A DNA stretch of 64,000 nt from an uncultured Gemmatimonadaceae bacterium (GCA_963843845.1 CAWJMB010000002.1:2240001-2304000); one strand, 5' to 3'. Counted from the first letter of the stretch, positions 21,415 to 35,011 are shown. Numbers and translations are program-made. Notes: a model not told the origin generated them from the sequence alone.

Positions 21415-22282
21415 GTGACTCCCTCGACCGACGCGCCCCGCACCGCGAATCTCGACCAGCGTGTCGTCGACGCGTTCGGCGAGGAGTGGAGCCGCTTCGA
21501 TCAGCAAGGCATGGCGGACGAGGAGCTCGTCGCGCAGGCTCGCTGCTATTTCAGCGTGTTCCCGTGGGAGCCGACTGCCACCGAACGCGAGCGGCTTCGA
21601 CCTCGGCTGCGGCAGCGGGCGATGGGCCAAGTACGTCGCGCCGCGGGTCGGGCGACTGCACTGCATCGACCCGAGCCCCGCGGCGCTGGCGGTCGCTGCG
21701 CGCAACCTGCGCGGTGCCGGCAATGTCGAATTCCACGAGGGAAACGCCGGCGACGTGCCGCTTCCGCCCGCGTCGCAAGACTTCGGCTACTGCCTCGGTG
21801 TGTTACACCACATCCCGGACACCGCCGCAGGCATGCGCGAGGCGGTCTCGAAGCTGAAGCCCGGGGCGCCCTTCCTCGTCTACCTGTACTACGCCTTCGA
21901 CAACCGACCGGCGTGGTTTCGGTCCGTGTGGCGCGCCAGCGACGCGATCCGGCGCGCCGTATCCAGCCTTCCAGCGGCGCCGCGACACTCCGTGGCCGAG
22001 GTGATCGCGGCGACCGTGTACTGGCCGCTCGCTCGAACCGCCAGGTTGCTCGACGCGCTCGGCCTCCCGGTGTCGAACATGCCGTTGTCGGCGTATCGCC
22101 ACCGCAGCTACTACATGATGCGCACCGACGCACTCGATCGTTTCGGCACACGCCTCGAGCAGCGATTCACACGCGTCGAGATCGAGCGGATGATGCTGGA
22201 CGCTGGGTTGCGCGACATCGTATTCAGCGACGATGTCCCGTTCTGGTGTGCAGTCGGCGTGAAGACTGGCGAGCCGAGCTGA
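21415..22282 (+). CDS. Class I SAM-dependent methyltransferase; frameshift near 21570
   Basis: N-terminus 'VVDAFGEEWSRFDQ' in one frame joins 'GFDLGCGSGRWA...GVLHHIPD' in another. Confidence 0.85.
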
Positions 22283-22318
22283 CAGCCGAGCTGACGCAGC
22301 GGCTCGACACCGCGGGGC

Positions 22319-23617
22319 CTACGGTACGAGCCCCCGTTCGCGCAGACGCCCGCGCACGCGCTCGTCCACCCGGACGCGCATGCGGATGTCTCCTTCGTCG
22401 TCGACCCGGCTCTCGATCACTTCGGCGTCGCGATGGAGCTCGGCCAGGAGGCGGCCATCGCTCGACGGGACGCGGACGTCGACGACCCCGTGGCGGCGAC
22501 GGCCGTGCTCCGTGAGGGCGTCGATGAGCGACTCGAGCCCGCCCGGCCGGACCGCCGAGACGAACACCGCCTCCACCCCTTCATTCCCGACACGCTCTCG
22601 CAACGCCGCCACCGTCGCCGCTTCGATCTGGTCGATCTTGTTGAACACGTAGACCAGCGGCGTCTCGCCGATCCCGATCTCCGCGAGCACCTCGTCCACC
22701 ACGGTCCGCTGCTCCTCCCATTGCGGATGGCTCACGTCGACCACGTGCAGCAGCAGATCCGCCTCGCGCGTCTCCTCGAGTGTCGCGCGGAACGACGCCA
22801 CGAGCTGGTGCGGAAGCTTGCGCACGAAGCCGACCGTGTCCGTGACCAGCACCCGCCCGCCGTCCGGCAGCGCCACTTCGCGCGTCAGCGGATCGAGCGT
22901 GGCGAACAGCCGGTTCTCGACGAACACGTCCTCGGCGCCCGACAGGCCGCGCAGCACCGACGACTTCCCTGCGTTCGTGTAGCCGACGAGCGCCGCGCGG
23001 AACTCGCGCCGACGCGACGAACGCTGCACCTCCCGCGAGCGCATGACGTCGCCGAGTCGCTCCTTCAGCAGCTTGATGCGATGGTTGACGAGTCGGCGGT
23101 CCGTCTCGAGCTGCGTCTCGCCGGGTCCGCGGGCGCCGATGCCGACGCCGCCGCGCGTCTTCTCCAGGTGCGACCACATGCGCGTCAGCCGCGGCAGCAT
23201 GTACTGCATCTGCGCCAGCTCGACCTGCATCTTCGCCTCGTTCGACCGCGCCCGCGTGGCGAAGATGTCGAGGATCAGCTCCGCGCGGTCCATGACGCGG
23301 ATGCCCAGCGCCTGCTCGATGTTGCGCCCCTGCGCCGGCGACAGCTCGTCGTCGAAGATGATGAGCGACGCGTCCTCGGCGTGCGCCCGCTCCTTCAACT
23401 CGTCGAGCTTCCCCTTGCCCAGGTAGGTCGCCGGGTTCGGGCGGTCGAGCTGCTGCGTGAGCGAGCCGACGACCTCCGCGCCCGCCGTGTCGGCAAGCCG
23501 CGCGAGCTCCTCCAGATGCTCGGCGACGACGTGGCGGTTCGCGGAGCCCTTGAGCGGCGCGCCGACGAGCACCGCCCGTTCGGTCGGCGGCGCGAGGTTG
23601 ATCAGATCGCGTGCGAT
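22319..23617 (-). CDS. hflX: GTPase HflX
   Basis: 'GPGETQLETDRR', 'GYTNAGKSS', 'LFATLDP', 'DTVGF' and 'NKID'; start inferred at ATC 23617 behind GGAG. Confidence 0.95.
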   Translation of the reverse strand: MARDLINLAPPTERAVLVGAPLKGSANRHVVAEHLEELARLADTAGAEVVGSLTQQLDRPNPATYLGKGKLDELKERAHAEDASLIIFDDELSPAQGRNIEQALGIRVMDRAELILDIFATRARSNEAKMQVELAQMQYMLPRLTRMWSHLEKTRGGVGIGARGPGETQLETDRRLVNHRIKLLKERLGDVMRSREVQRSSRRREFRAALVGYTNAGKSSVLRGLSGAEDVFVENRLFATLDPLTREVALPDGGRVLVTDTVGFVRKLPHQLVASFRATLEETREADLLLHVVDVSHPQWEEQRTVVDEVLAEIGIGETPLVYVFNKIDQIEAATVAALRERVGNEGVEAVFVSAVRPGGLESLIDALTEHGRRRHGVVDVRVPSSDGRLLAELHRDAEVIESRVDDEGDIRMRVRVDERVRGRLRERGLVP

Positions 23618-23649
23618 GAGGCGCTCCGGGAATCAGACATCGTCGTGGG

Positions 23650-24135
23650 TCAGCGTCCGAACGTCGAGAATCGCTGCGTGCGGTCGTACGGCCTCGTGAA
23701 GCTACCGAGCGGTGTCGAGACCGTCACATCACCGACGACGCGGTAGTTCACCGAACCCGAGGCGAGCAGCTGTCGGAGGCCGGCACCGAGGCCCGCGTAG
23801 GTGAACGAGATCGGCAGCGTGACGACTGACGAGTCGCCCTTCTGCACCGTGAAGCGCTGCTCCAGCGCGCCCTCGCCGAGCGGCATCGAGTCGACGAGGA
23901 CGCGATACGTGAGTCGCGTGCCGTCGAGCGCGAAGCCGTTCGGGTTGTAGACGCTGAGCTGCACGTCGGCGCTGCCGCCCTGGAGCCCGATCCCTTTCAG
24001 TCGCACGTCACGCAGCGCGACGACCGGCTCCTTGAAGCCACCGAGTCCGAGGCTCGCGCACCCCGAGAGCGCGACGACGATGAACGCGGCGGAGAGCCGG
24101 CGGGCGATCCGACGCTGACGATCAGTGCTGCGCAT
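23650..24135 (-). CDS. LEA type 2 / WHy-domain lipoprotein
   Basis: Lipobox 'LSGC' and 'LSVYNPNGFAL' (NPN motif of LEA_2). Confidence 0.8.
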   Translation of the reverse strand: MRSTDRQRRIARRLSAAFIVVALSGCASLGLGGFKEPVVALRDVRLKGIGLQGGSADVQLSVYNPNGFALDGTRLTYRVLVDSMPLGEGALEQRFTVQKGDSSVVTLPISFTYAGLGAGLRQLLASGSVNYRVVGDVTVSTPLGSFTRPYDRTQRFSTFGR

Positions 24136-24164
24136 CCGACTCGCTCCTTCCTCGCGATCGAGGA

Positions 24165-25619
24165 TCATGCCGACTGCTCCGAGTCGTCGGCCGGCGCCGT
24201 GGGCACGGGGGCAGTCGGCGCGACCTCGCGCCGCGACCGCAGCTCCTGCCACCACGCCAACCGCTTCGCGACGTCTCGCTCGAAGCCGAACGGTCCAGGT
24301 TCGTAAAAGGCCTGCCCACGCAGGCACTCCGGCAGGTACTCCTGCGGGATGTATGCCTCGGGGACCGCGTGGGCATACTCGTACCCCTCGTGGTAGCCCA
24401 GTTCCTTCAGCAGCGCGGTCGGCGCGTTGCGGAGATGCAACGGCACCGGCTCGGCCGGCGTCTCACGCGCGGCCTGCATCGCAGCCGACAGCGCTTCGTA
24501 CGACCGGTTCGACTTCGGCGCCGTCGCCAGATAGATCGTCATCTGCGCGAGCGCCAGATATCCCTCCGGCGGGCCCAGCATCCGGTACGCCTCGCGCGCC
24601 GCGATCGCGAGCTTGAGCGCCTCCGGGTCGGCGAGACCGATGTCTTCCGATGCCATCGCGATCGCGCGGCGGAACAGCGTCAGCGGGTCCTCGCCTCCTT
24701 CGATCATGCGCGCCATCCAGTAGAGCGCGCCGTTCGGGTCGCTGCCGCGCAGCGACTTGTGGTAGGCCGAGAGGAGGTTGAAGTGCGACTCGCCCGCTCG
24801 ATCGTAGTGCGGCACGCGGCGCTGCAACGCATCGCGCACGGCCTGCACGTCGATGCGACCCTGCCCTCCGCCACCCGGCGACGCACCGCCGACGGCATCG
24901 CCGACCGCGTCGGCCGCCGCCTCGAGCGCGGTGAGCGCGCGGCGCGCGTCGCCGTCTGCGTGGGTGGCGAGAAGCTCGATCGCGTCGTCGTCCGCCGAGA
25001 GCTCGCGCGCGCCGAGCCCGCGCTCGCGATCGCGCAGTGCGCGGTGAATGAGCGACGTGAGATCGGCTGGCGACAGCGGTGCGAGCACGAACACGCGAGT
25101 GCGCGACAGCAGCGCGCCGGTGAGCGCGAAGGAGGGGTTCTCGGTCGTCGCGCCGATGAGCGTGATCGTCCCGGCCTCGACGTGCGGCAGAAATGCGTCC
25201 TGCTGCGCTCGATTGAAACGGTGGATCTCGTCGACGAACAGGATCGTGCCGCGTCCCTCGCGCTGCAGCCGCGCCTCGGCCTCCGCGACGACCTCACGCA
25301 CACGCGGCACGCCCTCGGTCACGGCCGAGAACGGCGCGAACGCACGGTCGGTGTACTGCGCGACCAGCCGCGCGAGCGTCGTCTTCCCCGTCCCCGGCGG
25401 CCCCCAGAAGATCATCGACGCGACCCGCCCCTGTTCGATCGCGTCGCGCAGCGGCTTCCCGTCGCCGAGGAGCTGCTGCTGACCGACGTACTCGTCGAGC
25501 GTCCGCGGCCGCATCCGTGCCGCGAGGGGCGTCGCCGTCGCACGACCAGCGGCGGCGAACAGCGAGTCGCCGACCCGCGCCTCCTCGCGCCGCGCGCGCG
25601 GCGGGCGCGACGGTGTCAC
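24165..25619 (-). CDS. rarA: Replication-associated recombination protein A (AAA+ ATPase)
   Basis: 'PLAARMRP', Walker A 'GPPGTGKTT', 'DEIHRFN', 'GATTENP' and 'KSLRGSD'; start uncertain. Confidence 0.95.
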   Translation of the reverse strand: MTPSRPPRARREEARVGDSLFAAAGRATATPLAARMRPRTLDEYVGQQQLLGDGKPLRDAIEQGRVASMIFWGPPGTGKTTLARLVAQYTDRAFAPFSAVTEGVPRVREVVAEAEARLQREGRGTILFVDEIHRFNRAQQDAFLPHVEAGTITLIGATTENPSFALTGALLSRTRVFVLAPLSPADLTSLIHRALRDRERGLGARELSADDDAIELLATHADGDARRALTALEAAADAVGDAVGGASPGGGGQGRIDVQAVRDALQRRVPHYDRAGESHFNLLSAYHKSLRGSDPNGALYWMARMIEGGEDPLTLFRRAIAMASEDIGLADPEALKLAIAAREAYRMLGPPEGYLALAQMTIYLATAPKSNRSYEALSAAMQAARETPAEPVPLHLRNAPTALLKELGYHEGYEYAHAVPEAYIPQEYLPECLRGQAFYEPGPFGFERDVAKRLAWWQELRSRREVAPTAPVPTAPADDSEQSA

Positions 25620-26149
25620 GCGTCGTGCCCCTCGAGTCCGAGCCGCTCCGCCGCGGCGCTCACAGCGTCGCTCAGCTCCACGGCAGCGCCGAGCGCATCC
25701 GGGTCGAACTGCCAGCTCGCCGGCTCGGCGCTCGTGGCCTCGTGCAGCCCTTTTCCCTGCAACACGTACAGCCAGCGGTCGGTGCGTGCGTAGATGAACA
25801 GCTCGAGGTCGGGTGTCAGCGTGAGTTGGTCCTCCGCCGAATAGACCGCGATCTCGACGCCCCCGTAGGCGGCGAGCGGGGCCTTCAGTCGTGCGATCTC
25901 GTCGCGGACGTCGGGAAGCGCGATCGCGTGCCCGCTCCACGAGCGACGCTCGCGCACGTCATCGATGGCGATGTCGGTGGCGGGGGGAAGCTGCTCGGCC
26001 AGCGTGTGGAGCAGGTCGACGACACGCTCGGCGTTCGCGATGACCCGGGCTTCGTAGATGCCGTCCTCGCGCCCGAAGGTGAAGTCGTCCGTCCCGGAAC
26101 GGAAGCGCCGCCACACCGACGCCTCGGGCTGTCGTCCGCGAAAGAGCAT
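25616..26149 (-). CDS. Hypothetical protein
   Basis: 177-aa ORF from ATG 26149 with normal composition, packed between cca and rarA. Confidence 0.75.
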   Translation of the reverse strand: MLFRGRQPEASVWRRFRSGTDDFTFGREDGIYEARVIANAERVVDLLHTLAEQLPPATDIAIDDVRERRSWSGHAIALPDVRDEIARLKAPLAAYGGVEIAVYSAEDQLTLTPDLELFIYARTDRWLYVLQGKGLHEATSAEPASWQFDPDALGAAVELSDAVSAAAERLGLEGHDA

Positions 26150-26151
26150 CG

Positions 26152-27564
26152 TCAGGCGGGGCGCGCGTGATGGATCATCGAACCGGTCGACGCGCCGGAT
26201 TCCGCGGCGATGCGATCGGCGTGTGCGAGCGCACGATCGAGCAGCGTCGCGCTCACGTTGCGCGTCGGGTCGTCGACGACGTCGTCGAGCAGCGCACGGA
26301 GCACGGCGCCGACCATCCGTCCGCGCACAGTCGGAACTCGCGCGAGGTCGTCGCCGTCCACCGCGAGATCCGCCAGCTCGATCGGGTCGCGGTAGGCGAT
26401 GCGGATCGCGCGGCGGTAGAGCGAGCGCGCTGCGCGCACCGACGGGACCGCGGTCGGGTCGGCGCCGGTCGCGCGCTCCGCGGCCCACCTCGCCGCAAGG
26501 AGACGGAGCACCATCGCGAGCCGCGTGCGCCCCGCCGCGGCAGCCCACCGCCGGATCGTCGCGTCGCTCGGCGCGGTGCCGCCTGCCGGTTCGCCGGCGG
26601 CGTCGGCCGCGACGAGTGCGGCGCGGATCGGGGGGGCCAGCTCGCGCCAGCGCGTCGTCAGCTCCAACGCGGCGCGCACCTGCGCGTTGGATGCCTTCAG
26701 CGTGCGGAGTGCGCGCTCCGCCTCGCGCGGCTCGCTGTCGAGCCAGAGCGCGACGAGGCGCAACGTGAGCCGCAGCGGCCGGTGCTGGCTCGGCGGCGGC
26801 AGACAGTCGAGGGTGTGAAAGCGCAGCGGCGACACGTCGGCGAGCGACGGAACGAGCGTCGTGAACGCACCACTCGCGCGCCACCGTTCGAACGACCCGG
26901 ACGGCCGCGCGACCTGCCGCATCGTCTTCTCGATCTCCTCGCGCACACGTTCCGTGGAGAGTCGGCCGAGGAACGGCGCGCTGGCGACGATCGCGTCCCA
27001 CGTTCCGGGCTCGATCGCGAAATCGAAACGTCCCGCGAAGCGGATCGCGCGGAGCGCGCGCAGCCGGTCTTCCTGCATCCGCAGTCCGGGGTCGCCGACC
27101 GCGCGCACGACGCCTCGGCGCAGGTCGCCGGTTCCATCGAACGGGTCGTAGAGTGTTCCGCGGCGGGGCGAATACGCGATCGCGTTCATCGTGAAATCGC
27201 GCCGCGCGAGGTCGTCGTCGAGCGACGCGCCGAAGGCGACGACAGCATGGCGGCCGTCGGTCGTCACGTCGTGTCGGAACGTCGTGACCTCGTGCATCGC
27301 CCCATCCGAGTCGAACACACCCACCGTCCCGAACTCGATGCCTTTCGGCACGGTCCGCCGGAACAGCCGCTGGACGTCGTGCGGCCTCGCGCTCGTCGCC
27401 AGATCCCAGTCGAGCTGCGCGTGGCCCAGCAGCGCGTCTCGCACCGCGCCGCCGACGCACCACGTCTCGTAGCCGGCGCGCTCCAGCCGGTCGGCGATCT
27501 CCAGCACGCCCCGCGGCGGTGCGAATCGCACGGCATGCCCGGCACCGCTCGCCACCGGGTTCAC
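26152..27564 (-). CDS. cca: CCA tRNA nucleotidyltransferase
   Basis: 'VGGAVRDALLG..DWDLAT', 'DLARRDFTMNAIA' and 'EDRLRALRAIRF'. Confidence 0.92.
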   Translation of the reverse strand: MNPVASGAGHAVRFAPPRGVLEIADRLERAGYETWCVGGAVRDALLGHAQLDWDLATSARPHDVQRLFRRTVPKGIEFGTVGVFDSDGAMHEVTTFRHDVTTDGRHAVVAFGASLDDDLARRDFTMNAIAYSPRRGTLYDPFDGTGDLRRGVVRAVGDPGLRMQEDRLRALRAIRFAGRFDFAIEPGTWDAIVASAPFLGRLSTERVREEIEKTMRQVARPSGSFERWRASGAFTTLVPSLADVSPLRFHTLDCLPPPSQHRPLRLTLRLVALWLDSEPREAERALRTLKASNAQVRAALELTTRWRELAPPIRAALVAADAAGEPAGGTAPSDATIRRWAAAAGRTRLAMVLRLLAARWAAERATGADPTAVPSVRAARSLYRRAIRIAYRDPIELADLAVDGDDLARVPTVRGRMVGAVLRALLDDVVDDPTRNVSATLLDRALAHADRIAAESGASTGSMIHHARPA

Positions 27565-27589
27565 CCGCAGAGGGTCAGGTACCGCGGCA

Positions 27590-28567
27590 TCATCGCTCGA
27601 GCACCGCGCGCAGCCCATCGACGCTCAACCCGACGCCGAGCCCCAACACGAGATCGACGCGCGCCTGCTGGGGACGCCGCGCGCCCGCGAAGATCGCGCC
27701 GAGCGCGTGGAGTCGGCGACCGCCGCCCGGATAGGCGTACGTCTGACTCACGCGACCCTGCCCGGTCCGCGACGCGACGACGACCGCCTTCCCGTCCGCG
27801 ATCCACCGCTCGATGCCGGGCACCATCTCGGGCGGGACGTTCCCACGTCCCATCGCCGCGACGACGACCGCGCGCGCCCCGCTCTCACGCGACGCGTCGA
27901 GCAGCCGCGAATCGCAATCGGACCACGCGGTCACGATGTCGACCGGGCCGACCGGCATCTCCGGGGCCAGCACCGCCGGCGCGTTGCGGAGGACGCGGCG
28001 GATGAAGACGCGTCCGTCGTCGATGATGCCTAACGGTCCGCCGCCCGGCGCCTCGAACGCGGCGAGGTCGTGCGTGTGCGTCTTCGCATCCTCGAGCGCG
28101 GCGAAGATACGGCTCCCCATCACGACGACGGTACCCAACGCCGCCGCCTCGGGATGCGCGGCGACGCGCACGGCGTCGATCAGGTTCACCGGTCCGTCCC
28201 AGCCGAGGTCGTCCGCCGAGCGCATGGCGCCGGTGAAGACGATCGGCTTGTGCGTCGCGACCGAGCGTGCGACGAGGTACGCCGTCTCCTCGAGCGAATC
28301 GGTGCCGTGCGTGACGACGATCCCATCGCACGCGTCGTCGGCGACGAGCGCGGCGATGCGGTTGCGCAGCTCCCACTGCCGCGCGAGCGTCATGTGCGGC
28401 CCCGGAAACGCGCCCCACTGCTCGGCGCGCACGTCGGCGATCCGGTCGATGCCGGGCGCCGCCGCGAGAATCTCGTGCGCCGAGAGCGAGGGCACCGCGC
28501 CGCCCGACGCGCGGTCGACGCGCATCGAGATCGTACCGCCGGTGAAGACGGCCGCGACTACCCGCAC
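27590..28567 (-). CDS. L-asparaginase
   Basis: 'FTGGTISM', 'VTHGTDSLEETA' and 'VFTGAMR'. Confidence 0.92.
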   Translation of the reverse strand: MRVVAAVFTGGTISMRVDRASGGAVPSLSAHEILAAAPGIDRIADVRAEQWGAFPGPHMTLARQWELRNRIAALVADDACDGIVVTHGTDSLEETAYLVARSVATHKPIVFTGAMRSADDLGWDGPVNLIDAVRVAAHPEAAALGTVVVMGSRIFAALEDAKTHTHDLAAFEAPGGGPLGIIDDGRVFIRRVLRNAPAVLAPEMPVGPVDIVTAWSDCDSRLLDASRESGARAVVVAAMGRGNVPPEMVPGIERWIADGKAVVVASRTGQGRVSQTYAYPGGGRRLHALGAIFAGARRPQQARVDLVLGLGVGLSVDGLRAVLER

Positions 28568-29313
28568 AGCACACTGCCGCCGTTGACGTTCACGATCTCG
28601 CCGGTCACGTGACGCATACCGTCGGCGCACAGGCAGACGACCGGAAACGCGATGTCGTCGGCCGTCGCCACGCGTCGCACCGGGATCGTGGATGCGATGC
28701 GCTCGCGGCCGCCGTCGCGCATCGCATCGCTCGTCATCTCGGTGTCCACCCACCCGGGGGCCACGCTGTTCACCGTGACGTTCCGCGGCGCGAGCTCCAC
28801 CGCCAGCGACTTCACGAACGAGATCATCGCGCCCTTGCTCGCGGCGTAGTCGGCGTGCATGGCCTCGCCGCGCTGCCCCGCGGTACTCGAGATCATGACG
28901 ATGCGGCCGCCGTCGCTCATGACGCGCGAGGCGGCGCGCGCGCAGTAGAACATCGCGTCGACGTTCTCGCGCATCGTCGCGCTCCATCGCACGTCGTCCA
29001 GCTCGGCGACCGGGATCTCGGCGGCGGGCCACACGCCGGCGTTGACGACGAGGATGTCGAGGCCGCCGAGCGACTCGACCGCATGCGTCACGATGGCCGC
29101 GGCACCCTCCGGCGTCGAGAGATCCGCGCCGAAAGCGCTCGCGCGCCTCCCGAACGCTCGCGCGCTCGCCGCGACCGACTCGGCGTCCTCGCGCCGCGCA
29201 CGGTAGCCGACGACGACGTCGGCCCCGCAGCGCGCGAGCAGTCGGACGATCGCGGCGCCGATGCCGCGCGAGCCTCCGGTGACGATGGCGCGCTTGCCGT
29301 CGAGGTGAATCAT
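28558..29313 (-). CDS. SDR family oxidoreductase (FabG-like)
   Basis: 'TGGSRGIG', 'NAG', 'YAASKG' and 'VNSVAPGWVDT'. Confidence 0.92.
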   Translation of the reverse strand: MIHLDGKRAIVTGGSRGIGAAIVRLLARCGADVVVGYRARREDAESVAASARAFGRRASAFGADLSTPEGAAAIVTHAVESLGGLDILVVNAGVWPAAEIPVAELDDVRWSATMRENVDAMFYCARAASRVMSDGGRIVMISSTAGQRGEAMHADYAASKGAMISFVKSLAVELAPRNVTVNSVAPGWVDTEMTSDAMRDGGRERIASTIPVRRVATADDIAFPVVCLCADGMRHVTGEIVNVNGGSVLCG

Positions 29314-29903
29314 GTCAGCTCATCCTCCTCGATCAGATCGCAGATGAGGTGTTGGATACAGAGGTGGATCTCCTGCGCGCGATCCGTACGGTCGGTCGGC
29401 ACGATGACGGTGTGGTCGGCGAGCGCCCGCAACGGCCCTCCGTCGCGCGCGGAGAGCGCGAGCACGCGCACGTCCTTCGCGTGCGCCGCGCGCGCGGCCG
29501 CGAGCACGTTCGGCGAGTTGCCGCTCGTCGAGTGGATGATCAGCAGATCGCCCGGCCGGCAGAGCGCGTCGACCTGGCGCGCGAAGACGTGCTCGAAGCC
29601 GAAGTCGTTCCCGGTCGCCGTGAGGAGCGACGTGTCGGTCGTCAGGGCGATCGCGGGGTACGCCGCGCGGTCGCGCCGGTAGCGAACGACGTACTCGGTG
29701 GCCATGTGCTGCGCGTCGGCGGCGCTGCCACCGTTGCCGCAGAAGAAGAGTGTCCCGCGCCGCCGCACCGTCTCGCGCACCATCTCCGCCGCGCGCGCGA
29801 TGTCGACGGCGAGGGTGTCGGCGGTACGCGTCGCCGTCGCGGCGAGCTCGCGGAGCGCGTGCGTGATGCGATCGTCGGTCGCGGCGGGAGTTGTCTCCGT
29901 CAT
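29310..29903 (-). CDS. gmhA: D-sedoheptulose 7-phosphate isomerase (SIS domain)
   Basis: 'CGNGGSAADAQH', 'NDFGF', 'STSGNSPN' and 'QEIH'. Confidence 0.92.
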   Translation of the reverse strand: MTETTPAATDDRITHALRELAATATRTADTLAVDIARAAEMVRETVRRRGTLFFCGNGGSAADAQHMATEYVVRYRRDRAAYPAIALTTDTSLLTATGNDFGFEHVFARQVDALCRPGDLLIIHSTSGNSPNVLAAARAAHAKDVRVLALSARDGGPLRALADHTVIVPTDRTDRAQEIHLCIQHLICDLIEEDELT

Positions 29904-29934
29904 CGCATTCGGCGTCAGGCGGCGTCTGGTGGTG

Positions 29935-30714
29935 TCAGGCGGCGTTGGGCGACGAGGCGTCGCCCCGGCGGTCGAGCCACGCGCGAAGGCGCGCGAGCGG
30001 CGAGGCCGCGACGACGATCGGCGCGACGGGGAGCATCGGCTCGTCGCGCAACAGCCGTTCCGGGTTCGTCACCGTCAGCAGCTCGGCCTGCTCCGCCGCG
30101 CCGTGCTCGACGAGCCACTCGCGCGGCGTCGCCATCGACCGCGCGTCGCCGTGATTGTCGCTCGCGATGAGATCGACCAATCCATGCGCGAGCAGGTCGC
30201 GCGCCACGCGCGACCGTGCGCCACCGCCGAGGAGCATGACCGCGTCGACTTGGAGGACCGCGCCGGCGCGGCGCCAGCTCGTCGCACGGTCCACGGAGCT
30301 GCCGTGGTAGCGCTCGGGGTGCGCGAGGACCGGCACGACGCCGCTCAGGCGGATGCGCGACAGTTCGCGATCGGCCTGCACGGGCACCGTGCCGCGCGGG
30401 AACTCGACGAGCACGGCCGACGAGGTGCCTAACGACAGGCCGTGCGACGTGAGATCGACGCCCGGTTCGTCGAGCATGATCTCCCACCCGCTCACGAGCG
30501 CCAACCCCGCCGGCGCGACGGCGCGCACGGCCTCGACTCGCGCGCGGTGCGCGTCGACGTCGATGGTGTGCGCGCGCGACGCGCGAAGGTGCGGCGTACA
30601 GGCGACGACCCGCACGCCGTCCTGCGCGAAGCGACGCAGCACGCCCTGTGTGACGCCGACCGTCGCCGCGCCGTCGTCGACGCCGGGGAGGAGGTGGGTG
30701 TGGAGATCGATCAC
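29935..30714 (-). CDS. CpsB/CapC (YwqE)-type PHP protein-tyrosine phosphatase
   Basis: 'IDLHTHLLPGVDDG', 'TPH', 'LAHPERY' and 'ASDNH'. Confidence 0.9.
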   Translation of the reverse strand: MIDLHTHLLPGVDDGAATVGVTQGVLRRFAQDGVRVVACTPHLRASRAHTIDVDAHRARVEAVRAVAPAGLALVSGWEIMLDEPGVDLTSHGLSLGTSSAVLVEFPRGTVPVQADRELSRIRLSGVVPVLAHPERYHGSSVDRATSWRRAGAVLQVDAVMLLGGGARSRVARDLLAHGLVDLIASDNHGDARSMATPREWLVEHGAAEQAELLTVTNPERLLRDEPMLPVAPIVVAASPLARLRAWLDRRGDASSPNAA

Positions 30715-31108
30715 GTCTCGTCGGGCACCGCGAGGCGCGACAGCCGCCGCATGGCGTTCCGCGCGAGGGCGGGGAGCGCCGCGGGGTCGTCGCCTGCCGC
30801 CTCGAACGCGTACGTGACGAGCGCGTCTGCCGTCAGGAGGTCGAGCGCGAGGGCCCGGTCGCTCGCGCCGTCGCGAAGCACGCGCATGAGCGTCTGCTCC
30901 GCCGCGTCGAGGCAGGCGAGCGCCGCCCGGGCAGGCAGCGCCCGCACGACGTCCGCGTCAGGTGCAACGCTCTCGGTCGTCCACCCCCGACCAGGGGGCC
31001 CCCCGTCGTCGCCTCGATCCGACGCGTCGAGCGCGTCGGCGAGACGCACCGCGAGCGCCGCCGGAGGCGCCGGCGCACGCGCCGCGACCCACCCGCGAAC
31101 GCTCGGCG

Positions 31109-31112
<4 letters not shown>
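30711..31112 (-). CDS. Hypothetical protein
   Basis: 133-aa ORF overlapping both neighbours by 4 nt; contains 'ALDLLTADALVTYAFE'. Confidence 0.7.
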
Positions 31113-34715
<3,603 letters not shown>

Positions 34716-34865
34716 CGAGATGCCTCGAAGGATGCCTCGGGATGGCGTCGGAACTTCGGCTCACCGCAACGTCATCGCCGGGGCCCGCCCGAACAATTCG
34801 GTCACGATGTGCGCTCTCTCATCGCGTTCGATCGGCGTACCGGCACTCCCCTTCCCTGCCGCCGA

Positions 34866-34900
34866 CAGGGAATGTTCGCCAGACGGGGTAACATTCCCTG
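34866..34900. promoter_or_regulatory. Perfect 11-bp inverted repeat CAGGGAATGTT-N13-AACATTCCCTG (operator or RNA hairpin)
   Basis: Arms at 34866-34876 and 34890-34900 in the intergenic region between recX and the tandem-repeat gene. Confidence 0.6.
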
Positions 34901-35011
34901 CGTGGTGCGGCCTCGCGATGGGTCGTGGATGACATGCGGTGGCACCGAGCTCGAGAGCGCTCGCGCACGACGTCTCGCCGACCGATCGAGACTGGCGATC
35001 CTCGTCCCGGC

